23,470 nt of DNA from Myxococcota bacterium (GCA_039208735.1 JBCCQY010000147.1:1-23470); one strand, 5' to 3'. Numbered from the stretch's first letter, positions 8,954 through 17,646 are shown. Notes: generated by a model not told the origin, from the sequence alone. Numbers and translations: made by a program.

Positions 8954-9379
8954 TTAGTGCGGCTCGTGGGGGTCTGGTCGGGCGGCAAGGCGAAGGGTCA
9001 GGCCCCAGCTTAACGTCACGTCGGTTCGCTCGACGGGAAGGGGAGGCCGAGAGTCGTGGCGCACAGTCAGACTGCCGGTCATCGACAGTGCCTTGGTGAT
9101 GGTGGACGTAAGCACGAAGTAGTTGATGACTTGGATGTCGCCTGGGTCGTCCACTCTTGGCTCGATGTAGGCCGTTTCCGTCAACGTCAGCTCGTCGGGA
9201 ACGAGGACCCATCGGACCTGGGTCGCGAGCACCACACTCAAGAAGTCCACGTTGCCTGTCGACCAGCTACCGGACGTCGCAAACTGGATGCCGACCCCTT
9301 CCTCCGCGGCGGCCGCCGCCAGGTTGTCGGTATTCACCTGGGCCAAGGCCGCACAAGTCCAAACGAGCAGGCTGGTCAC
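8954..9379 (-). CDS. DUF481-like outer-membrane beta-barrel protein, apparently shortened internally
   Basis: GTG 9379 overlaps the upstream stop (GTGA). Signal peptide ..AALA-QVNTD, N-terminal motif STGNVD, C-terminal motifs ETAYIEPRVDD and HDSRPPLPVERTD..GLTL. Only 141 aa. Confidence 0.6.
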   Translation of the reverse strand: MTSLLVWTCAALAQVNTDNLAAAAAEEGVGIQFATSGSWSTGNVDFLSVVLATQVRWVLVPDELTLTETAYIEPRVDDPGDIQVINYFVLTSTITKALSMTGSLTVRHDSRPPLPVERTDVTLSWGLTLRLAARPDPHEPH

Positions 9380-10053
9380 TCCGGACAAGGGCCGCCGGCC
9401 TCAGCCCAGGTTTCGTAGCGCTCCACCAACTCGGGATGCGAAATGGGGGGAGGCTGTCGTCCCGAGTGCCAGCTTGTAATCAACAAGTGGTCGTGCTCGA
9501 TGTGGTGCGCCAGGTCAGCCAAACCGCGGCCCCCGTTGATTTCCGGATCCTTGAGCTGGGCACAGAGTTGTGCGGCCGTGCGATTCTCGAAGGCCATGGC
9601 CTGTGGAGGCATGCTCCACACCGCATCGGCAGGCGGCAACGGCACTTGGCCGTCACCCACACCCTTGGACGCATGGCACGTGCTGCAGTGCGTGCCTTCA
9701 AGCGGACTGAATCGCGTGACGCCGTAGATGTGCAAATGGCTATCGTCGCCCTGCAGTGGCGCAGGGCCATCGGGGTGGCAGTTCATGCAGCGAGGGTGGG
9801 TGGCCACTGCGTAGATGTCGGCAAAGGCGTCCAGCCCTTCCTTTCGAGACCGCGTCACGGGAGGATTCTCGATGGGCGGGGCCTCGGGGCGCAACGAACC
9901 GATGTGTGCGACGAGCCGGTCGATGCGAGCGTCCGACAGGTTGGCGACCTGTGCTGCCATCGACTGGCCAAGCTCCGCCCCTTCGGGACCCCCGCGCACG
10001 CCGTCGCGGTAATGCCGAGGCTGCCGTGTCAGGTAGGCTGGGTGCTGCTGTAA
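9376..10053 (-). pseudogene. 5'-truncated c-type cytochrome: C-terminal half of a class I (c4/c553-like) domain fused to a diheme isoquinoline-oxidoreductase-associated domain
   Basis: The frame extends upstream of 9999 as LQQHPAYLTRQPRHYRDGVRGG..MAAQVANLSDARIDRLVAHIGSL (class I cytochrome c tail whose CxxCH is absent). Then HPRCMNCH and HCSTCH heme motifs and LCAQLKDPEINGGR. Confidence 0.75.
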
Positions 10054-11554
10054 TGTAGAGCCGGCCGTACCATTCGGTTGGCTTGCCGTCTGGCCCGAGT
10101 CGGGCCTGCATGATGGCGGCGTCGGCGGGACGATACGTCGACATGCGCATCTCCGCCTCCCGAGAGAACGTCATCTTGATGGCGCCGCCGACCGCCTTTT
10201 GAACCTCACAGGTCGTGGTGACGTAATTCAAGGCATCGTAAATGAGCGAGTTGCGCCGTCCGAACGCACCCCCCATGGTGCGGGCGTGCAGCGCCACATC
10301 GTCGACGCTTAGGCCCATGGCATCCGCAATTGCAATACGGGCGTTGATCGGCCCTTGAACGCCCGTCGCAACGTGGATCTTGTCGCCCTCGGGCCAAATC
10401 GTGCAGTTCAGCGGCTCCATTGGTGCATGCGCGAGGAACGGTAGGGAGTAGCGGGCTTCGATGACATCGTCACCCGAGAGTGGACCATCCACCTTGCCTT
10501 CGGAGATGATGGTCGACAAGCTGCCCTTCTCGATTGCAGCAAAGCGCCTGTCCATGAGCGCCGGGCCGACCAGAATGCCATGGTCCGGAGTCTCGGTAAT
10601 GACCTGCGCCTTCTTGGCAGCCCACTCCGCACGCCACACCTTGTCCGCCACGATGGCCACGCAGTTGTCGAGCACGAGCACCGCTTCGACGCCTGGCATC
10701 GCTTCTAGCGCGGCCCGGTTCGCCACGCCGGTGACCTTACCCCCCGCGACGGTGGGTGGAGCAACGGACGCATAGCGCATCCCCGGGACCTCGGCATCGA
10801 TGCCATATACCGGCTTACCAAAGATCTTGTCGGGCAAATCGATGCGATTGTATGCAGTGCCGATGTACTTGTACTCGGAGCGGGGCTTGTAGATGGGCTC
10901 TTCGGGCAACGGAAGGGCAGCCACCTCCGAGGCGAGTTCACCGTACGAGACCTTCTTGCCGCTGGCCTCATGAATCACGTGGCTGTTGCGAGTCACTACT
11001 TGGGCGACGGGAACCCCAAGGGCGGCGGCGCCGGTCTCGGAGAGGAGCATCCGGGCACTCGCGGCGGCCCGTCGGAAGCCGAGCCAACCCGTCGATCGGA
11101 TGGACGAGCTGCCGCCGGTGAACGACAAGGAGGTCAGGGTGGCAATGCGGCCAGCCACACTGCGGAGAAAGGACTCGGACCAGCCCTCGCCCACGCCAAG
11201 CTCCTCGAAGAGTCCGTACAGGATGTCGGGATTGGTGAACCCGCTCAACGAAGGGGCAAGCTCGATGGTGGTGGTCTTTGGGTCGGCATCCAGTTCGTCC
11301 AGCACAATCTGCAGAAGGCTGGTTTGAGCGCCCTGGCCCATCTCGGTGTGGGGGGACAGGATGCGGACCCGGCCATCTGGCTCAACCAGGATGAAGGACG
11401 CGACGAGTTCGGCCGCACTCGGTGGGAGACTTCGTCGCTGGGCCGACCGTTGGTCGTAGGTGTTGACATAGACGCCGAGCCCAACGGACCCGAGGAGCAA
11501 GCCACCGCCAGCGATGCCGCCAGCCATGAGGAGCGTACGACGATTGATTTTCAC
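10054..11554 (-). pseudogene. iorB: Xanthine dehydrogenase-family molybdopterin subunit (IorB-like), 3'-truncated; the frame runs on to a stop at 9740
   Basis: GTG 11554 overlaps the iorA stop. Tat-like RRTLL, EMGQG, TGGSSSIR, FLAHAPMEPLNC, MGGAFGRR, YRPA. Similarity stops after about 500 aa (PTEWYGRLY) and the rest of the ORF is out-of-frame cytochrome DNA. Confidence 0.85.
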
Positions 11555-12003
11555 TGTCCCCCCTCCATGTTGCGGGCTGCTGCACGGATGCGCTCGTAGC
11601 AGCCGCACCGACACACGTTGGTGATGCCACGATTGATGTCGTCGTCGGTGGGCTTGGGGTTCGCTTCGAGGAACGCCGCCGCGGCCATCTGCATGCCTGG
11701 CTGGCAGTAGCCGCATTGGGGTACCTGCTTGTCGAGCCATGCCTGCTGAATGGCATGAGGCTCCGCTTCGGTGCCCAGGGCCTCGATGGTGCGAACCTCG
11801 CTCGCGCCAATCACGCCCACCGGCGTGACGCAAGAACGTACGGCTCGTCCATTGACGTGGACCGTGCAAGCGCCGCATACCGCAAGTCCACAGCCGAACT
11901 TGGTTCCCTTGAGTCCTAGCTCCTCGCGCAGCACCCACAGTAGCGGTGCCTCGGGCTCGACGTCCACCTCGTGGCGCGTCCCATTGATGGTCAACGCGAT
12001 CAT
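11551..12003 (-). CDS. iorA: (2Fe-2S)-binding small subunit of an isoquinoline/aldehyde oxidoreductase (IorA-like)
   Basis: GGAGGG precedes ATG 12003. [45 protein letters not shown]. Confidence 0.95.
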   Translation of the reverse strand: MIALTINGTRHEVDVEPEAPLLWVLREELGLKGTKFGCGLAVCGACTVHVNGRAVRSCVTPVGVIGASEVRTIEALGTEAEPHAIQQAWLDKQVPQCGYCQPGMQMAAAAFLEANPKPTDDDINRGITNVCRCGCYERIRAAARNMEGGQ

Positions 12004-12314
12004 GATCCCTCCCCGGCGGGTTCGGTGTCCGCGCGGGTCTCCAATCCCCTCCGCGCGAGAGTGAAAATGGCGTAGCTGGACACAACGCTGGCGCGACAGA
12101 ACAGTCACGTGCGAGGAGCCTCGTCGGCAACAAACACCAATTGGACATTCACAGGCTCAAGCCGTGGGCTCCACCCGTCGCGACAAGAACCCCTCGTCCT
12201 CACGTTGCCGCAGACAACGCGTCCAACGAGCCATCCGTACGCAGGCGGGGCCAGATTGGACCATCCTACGGCCTGCAACCCCTGGCCAAGGTCTTAAGAG
12301 CGCGGCTGAACTCG

Positions 12315-13160
12315 TTAAGAGCCCATTCGCGCCGGGGGCGTTCGCTGCTTCCGGAATCGTCCTGGGGATTGCCCCAATACCCTTTTGAACGCGCGCGAAA
12401 AGGCGTATTGGCTCGTATAGCCAACGTCCTGGGCGATGGACTCTAAGGAGCGGTGTGGGTCGGACACCAAAAGCCGCCCGGCCAGCGACATCCGCCATCG
12501 GCGAACGTAGGCCATGGGGCTTTCTCCCACACACTCCGTGAATCGCCGCGCAAAGAGGGACCGCGAAACCCCCGTCACCTTGGCCAGACGGTCCAGAGTC
12601 CAATTCGTATCGGGCGATCCGTGGATCGCTTCGAGCGCTAGCCCAGCAAGCGCGTCATCGAGACCACGAAGCCAGGAACTGCCGTGGCGTGCCTGTGTCG
12701 TCCCACGGAGGATGGCGACGAGGAGCGCATCGAGCAGACCAGCCCGCATCGGCTCGAAACCAGCCTCTGGCGTCCGCAGCTCCGACACGATGAGCGAGGT
12801 CAAGGGGCGAAGCGCCGAAACCCGTGCCACCGCTTCAGCTTCCAGGTGGATGATATCGGGTTCGCCTGCCCACAAGCTCGTGATGGGGCACCTCGAGCCC
12901 CCAATGACCCCCACGAGCAGGGTGGTTGAATCGGAGGCATCGATTTGGTGGGCCGCGCCGCGAACCAGCAATGCGACCTCGCCCGAGCCAAGGTCGAACC
13001 GCCTCTCTCCGACGCGAAGGTGGACAAAACCATCCACGACCAGCGTGAATACGACGCCCGCGACCGCCTCGCACTGCAGCGTGACCGGACCGTCGACGAG
13101 CTTCAATTCGGATGTCCAAGGGCGGGTCACCGAAATCCAGTCGGTCATCGGGCTGTTCAT
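12315..13160 (-). CDS. AraC-family transcriptional regulator (cupin N-domain plus HTH)
   Basis: GGAG precedes ATG 13160. WLRGLDD..ALEAIH..WTLDRLAKVTGVSRSLFARRF..VGESPMAYVRRWRM..IAQDVGYTSQYAFSRAFKR. Divergent from the NAD(P)H-binding gene. Confidence 0.93.
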   Translation of the reverse strand: MNSPMTDWISVTRPWTSELKLVDGPVTLQCEAVAGVVFTLVVDGFVHLRVGERRFDLGSGEVALLVRGAAHQIDASDSTTLLVGVIGGSRCPITSLWAGEPDIIHLEAEAVARVSALRPLTSLIVSELRTPEAGFEPMRAGLLDALLVAILRGTTQARHGSSWLRGLDDALAGLALEAIHGSPDTNWTLDRLAKVTGVSRSLFARRFTECVGESPMAYVRRWRMSLAGRLLVSDPHRSLESIAQDVGYTSQYAFSRAFKRVLGQSPGRFRKQRTPPARMGS

Positions 13161-13261
13161 GGCGCTCCGTGGAAGAACGGACAAAAATAATAGCAGATGT
13201 GACATGGAGCGTCCTTGCTCGCCACCCTAGGTTTCGATCGAAGCAAGACCATGGAGTCAGG

Positions 13262-13999
13262 ATGGAAGTGTCGAAACAGGACTCTGCGCGTCAGACGCTG
13301 GTCGTCTTTGGCGCCACAGGGACCACAGGCTCCCACGTCCTTCGGCAGGCCCTGGACGGAGGGATTTCGGTTCGCGCAGCGGTTCGGTCACCAAACAAGC
13401 TCCCCCCGAACCTCGTGGCTGATCAGCCGCAAGCGAAGCTTGGGCGAAATCAGAACAGCAGCAAGCAGAGCTTGCGCGAGTCTGATCGGCTCGAAGTCGC
13501 CACGGTGGACGTCACCGACACAAATGCCGTGGCACGGGCCATCCAAGGGGCCACGATGGTGTTCGCGGCTTTAGGCTACACGGGAGATCCCGGTCGCCCG
13601 GTGCTCCTCCCCTTCGTGCAAGCGGTAGTGCAAGCGATGCGCGAACACGGGGCTCGGCGGTTCGTTTATCAGGCGTCGGCCTTTAACTCAGAGCCCGGCC
13701 AGTCGAACCCGGTCCACATTCGCTATCTGCTTCGCCCCCTCGTGGGATCCATCGTCGGCGCACATCCCATCTGGAACGAGCATGACGCCGTCATTCGCTT
13801 CCTCGTTGAGGAGGTCAGCGACCTCGAGTGGACGGTCACCCGCCCAGGGATGTTGAGCGACGGACAAAGCAAGGGCGTGCTCGCGGTTCGAGCGACACCT
13901 GGTGGGGGTGTGACCAATCGAGATCTAGCCACCTTCTCCCTAAATGCGGTTCGAACAGGCGACCACGCACGGAGCTGCCCTTACCTCGGCTACCCCTGA
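13262..13999 (+). CDS. NAD(P)H-binding protein (atypical SDR, flavin reductase/BVR-B-like) carrying a 21-aa in-frame insertion
   Basis: GGAG at 13253, ATG 13262. LVVFGATGTTG Rossmann motif, VRSPNKL, DVTD..AV..AI.G, SDLEWTVTRPG, V...DLA.F. Confidence 0.92.
   Translation: MEVSKQDSARQTLVVFGATGTTGSHVLRQALDGGISVRAAVRSPNKLPPNLVADQPQAKLGRNQNSSKQSLRESDRLEVATVDVTDTNAVARAIQGATMVFAALGYTGDPGRPVLLPFVQAVVQAMREHGARRFVYQASAFNSEPGQSNPVHIRYLLRPLVGSIVGAHPIWNEHDAVIRFLVEEVSDLEWTVTRPGMLSDGQSKGVLAVRATPGGGVTNRDLATFSLNAVRTGDHARSCPYLGYP
13420..13488 (+). mobile_element. 63-bp double-hairpin element, copy A (intragenic, in frame), bounded by duplicated (C)TGATC
   Basis: CTGATC at 13419-13424 and again at 13482-13487 (63-bp period). 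63/69 identical to the reverse complement of 13997-14065. Confidence 0.8.
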
Positions 14000-14065
14000 T
14001 CACCCTCGCGCAAGCTTTGCTTGCTGCTGTTCTGATTTCGCGCAAGCTTCGCTTGCCGCTGATCA
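13997..14065 (-). mobile_element. 63-bp double-hairpin element, copy B (inverted, at the stop codon), bounded by duplicated TGATCA
   Basis: TGATCA at 13997-14002 and 14060-14065. The reverse complement reads TGATCA GCGGCAAGC-GAA-GCTTGCGCGA AATCAGAACA GCAGCAAGC-AAA-GCTTGCGCGA GGG TGATCA. Confidence 0.8.
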
Positions 14066-14150
14066 ACGCCATCCGATCAACCATGCCGTAAAGCGCAAGG
14101 GGGGGACGTTTGGCGGGATTCTCTATCGGTGGTCGGGTCGACTTGTTCGC

Positions 14151-16807
14151 TCAAGGGTCGACGTCGACGACCTCGAAGGCCGCGGGTCTCGTGGTGGAGA
14201 AGGGAGCGAAGACCACCATCGTCGGCGTCCCGTCCGTGTCGAGGAACGTTCCACTGCGGGCCGACTCGAGTACCGTCCCGTCGACGAGCAGCGACGCACG
14301 TGGGCCCCCCGACCATCTCCGCAGCACGAAGCACGGATGGTGAATGGGCGTCTCGTCGCTGCCCTCGAGTTCGAAGGACACGCCGGCCTCGGTGAGTACG
14401 AAGTCGTAGTCCCGCTGTCCGCTGTCGTAGCCTTCACTGGTCGCCCCCACCACGTTCACCGGCTCGGGGGCCGACCGCCAGGCATCGGCGAGGGGCACGA
14501 TGTCGCGAATGTCCTGGCTCGTGGTGCTCCGCTGGTTGGAGAACCCGTACAGCACGGACCTTCCGCCCCCCGCGGCCAGGGCAAAGTGGTTGACCCGCCC
14601 GTCCCCCTCGATGGCAAACCGACCGTCGGTCACCACCCGGCTGATGGGCCAGTGGTTCCATGGACCGGCGAAGGCATCCGAGGTGAATGGAGACTGTTCC
14701 TCGGCCCCCCACGGCCCCGTTCCTCCGAGCTCGAACACCTGGAAGGGCTTGTACTCGGATCGGACGTTGGCCATGAGCAGGGGCCCCTCACCGACCGGAA
14801 CCCCGTCGTCGCCCGTCCAGGTGAGCTCGATCACCTCACCGAATTCGTCGACGATGGAAGCGGCTTGCTCGTTGACGATGTCTCGCGGGGCGAAGCCTGG
14901 CGACGACAGCATTTGAAAGTCGCTCGATACGCCGTCCTCGCCCTCTGTCTCCTCCCAGTAAGTGGCGGTCCGAACGAGCGTGCCGTCGGGGTAGATGGTG
15001 TGGTACTCGTCGACGAAGTCGTTACCCGTGCACATCTCGAAGAACAGATCCGCCGTGGTGTAGCGCCAGTGGACGACCACGCGCGCATCGGTGTTCTCCA
15101 AAACGCGAACGTGGGTGAACCGGGCCTCCTTGTCCGACATGTGCTCACCGAGCGAGGGGTCCTCGGGTCCAGGAGGCGCCCGGTCTCCGCAGAAGATCTC
15201 GACGCTCTGGTCCGACATCCAGTGGTTGCGCTCGGTCACCATGTTGACGCCGTGGGAGGTCCCCCGCCAGTAGACGTAGCTCGTGGGCAGGTCGTCGAAC
15301 TTGACCACCACGTCCTCAACCCGGGAAGCGCGCCACTGGTTGTCCCACAAGTCGTGGTAAGTGAGCCGCTCGTGAATCGCACCGAATCGGTCCGCGACCC
15401 CAGGCTGCCCCGGGAGGACCCGCGCCTGGAGGTCAGGCGACCCCGTGACCCGAACCCCGGGGTCGAACGCATCGTGCACCGCGCGCACGTCGGGCTCGCT
15501 CAGCTTGTAGTCGTACAGCCGAACCTCGTCGACGAGGCCTTCGAGGCCGAGTCGAGACGGGTAGGTGTGAGAAGGCCGAACCGGCCCAGTCGGTAACACT
15601 GGGTCGGTGTTCAGCCCCATGACCAGCGGCGTGGCCGGCGTGACGATGGGAGCGGTGGCCAGCGTGGAGGCGACCGGCTCACCATCGACGTACAGTTCCA
15701 GGGAACCCTCACCGTAGGCCCCCACCAGGTGCGCCCACCGATAGAGCGTAAGACCACGAGGGGCGGTGACCACCGCGTCGCCGACCCGGAAGCGTGGCCG
15801 CCCCCGTTCATCGATCCCAAGCGCGTAGCCGTCATCCCCCGAGGTGTGCTCGACGAGGGGAGCCTCCGCAAAGGGGAACGCCCCGAGGGCGACCCAAGCA
15901 TCCACCGTCAGCTCATCGTCGAGGGTCGGCGCGTCGGCCCCCGCGACGCGGACCTCGGAGAAGTAGCCGTCGAACCCGAGCGCGGTCCCCGACACGCCGG
16001 ACTTCCAGAGGCTCTTGTGGCCGAGGATCGCTCCGTCGACCCCCTCAATCACGTCGTCCACCACATTCCCGAGCTGTTCGTCGAAGCGCCACCACCGAAC
16101 CGGGCCCCGCGCATCGGCCAGGACCGTGGGGTTCCCTAAGATGGGGCTCGGTGGGGTCAGGGTACCCAAGGTCGTCTCGACGTCGACGATACCGTCGGGG
16201 TGAGGCGGAACGTCTGGGTGATCGTGTTGCCGGGGTCGAGCCACGCTTCGATCGTCGCCGTGCCGGCATCGTGCTCGCGGCGCACCGACCCCGTGTCGTT
16301 GATGGTGTAGACCTCGTGGACCACATCGGTGGGCGAAAGCCGGTCGAGGTCCGGGAAATAGCGCCAGTGAACCACGATCTGTCGCGGCCCGGACTCCACG
16401 ATGCGCGCGTAACTGTAGCGATTGGTCCGATCAAAGTTGGCCTCGGCTGGACCATCCCCCGCGATGGTCGCGAGGTGCTCCACGGGGTATCGGATTCCGT
16501 CGACGACCCACACGGGACGAAAACTCGTCGCACGCGAGAACACGAGACTCGACCCTTCTCCGAACGCGACGACCACATCGGCGTAGTCGCCCGATACCTG
16601 CCTGGGTTCGTCCTCGAAGCTGGTTCGTGTGTAGAAGGCACCGAAATCGGTGTCTTCGGGATTCGGCTCGTCTGTCTCGAGTGGAGGGGTCACGTCGACG
16701 AGTCTAGGGTCGTCGCCTACGCAACCGAATCCGACGAGCGCGAGCAGACCGAGCCATGGGACACCGAGCCGCCAGCGCCGAGAGGGGTTGGACGCGACTT
16801 GCTGCAC
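14151..16807 (-). pseudogene. LamG (concanavalin A-like) domain lipoprotein of about 885 aa, split by a 1-nt frameshift at the G4 run 16197-16200
   Basis: GGAGG then GTG 16807; lipobox LVGFG-C. ORF 16157-16807 (..TQTFRLTP) joins ORF 14151-16244 (PDGIVDVE..) if one C is added to ACCCCGAC. LamG motifs WWRFDE, ALGFDG, WAHLVGAY..LYVDG, GLVDEVRLYDYKLS. Confidence 0.85.
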
Positions 16808-16863
16808 AAGACCTCCGATGGTTGCTTGTGCAACGTCAGAGCCTCTCGTCGAGGGGCGACTTT

Positions 16864-17646
16864 CTACGGCAGAAGTGCCTCCGCCCAGGCCTGTGCCATG
16901 CGCGCCGCCCCCTGTTCGTTGGGATGGACCCCATCGTTGAGGTCGGCGTCACCAAAGCCCGTGTTCATGTCCACAAGCGAGATTGGGGAACTCGACGTGT
17001 CCAATCCGGACGACAGCTGGGCGAGCCGCTGATTCCAGTCGTCCACGGTTTCGTTCAGCTCGACGTTGCTGGTCTCGAACGGAATGATCTGGGCGAGGTA
17101 GATGGCGACGCTCGGGTTATCCGCACGGAGCTTCTCGACGATCGACGTCATCGCCGCCTCGCTCGTCCGCAGCGACGCACCGTTGTTCACCACGTCCGAC
17201 GCATCGTTGGTGCCAAGATGAACCAGGACGACGTCTGGCGTGTAGCCAGCGAGGAACGTCTCGAGTTCGTCGTCGATGTCGCCCGTCGTCCAACCGCCGT
17301 GGCCCTCGTGGTCCCGGTCCCAGCCATCGGCGGGGTAAAGGTCGAGGTCGACCCAATCGTCACTTCCGACGAAGCCGAACGAGAGTTCGGCCTCCGAGAG
17401 AAGGTTGTGCAGCGCGTAGCGGTAGGTGAACGGCCCACCCACGGTGATGGAATCCCCGAGCGGGAGGATCTGCAGCGGTTCTTCGTCACCCCGAGGCCCC
17501 CCCGGCGTGGGGTCGTCCGGCTCGGACTCGTCCGGCTCGTCGGGAGCGGGGAGTGGCACGGGCAAGTCGACGCCAGGCGCCTCCGCCGTGCAGGCCACCG
17601 CAAGGGTCAGGGCCAACGAGACCCACGTCGAGGATTGTGTCGTCAT
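16864..17646 (-). CDS. SGNH/GDSL hydrolase lipoprotein (carbohydrate-esterase-like)
   Basis: Lipobox LAVA-C, Pro/Asp/Glu linker, block I ILPLGDSIT, HEGHGGW, block III HLGTND, block V DGVHPN. Confidence 0.93.
   Translation of the reverse strand: MTTQSSTWVSLALTLAVACTAEAPGVDLPVPLPAPDEPDESEPDDPTPGGPRGDEEPLQILPLGDSITVGGPFTYRYALHNLLSEAELSFGFVGSDDWVDLDLYPADGWDRDHEGHGGWTTGDIDDELETFLAGYTPDVVLVHLGTNDASDVVNNGASLRTSEAAMTSIVEKLRADNPSVAIYLAQIIPFETSNVELNETVDDWNQRLAQLSSGLDTSSSPISLVDMNTGFGDADLNDGVHPNEQGAARMAQAWAEALLP

Noticed and set aside
11555..12148. N-terminal ~200 aa of the 802-aa ORF 9740..12148
   Set aside because: This is an alternate-frame read of iorA and its promoter. The real large subunit starts at GTG 11554 with a Tat-like signal.
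12295..12322. TTAAGAGC direct repeat at the AraC stop codon
   Set aside because: An 8-bp repeat 20 bp apart with no second example and no structure; it cannot be distinguished from chance or a small duplication.
13420..14065. CRISPR array or rho-independent terminator reading of the hairpin repeats
   Set aside because: Only two units per copy with an identical short linker, no unique spacers and no cas genes. There is no U-tract, and one copy is inside a coding sequence.
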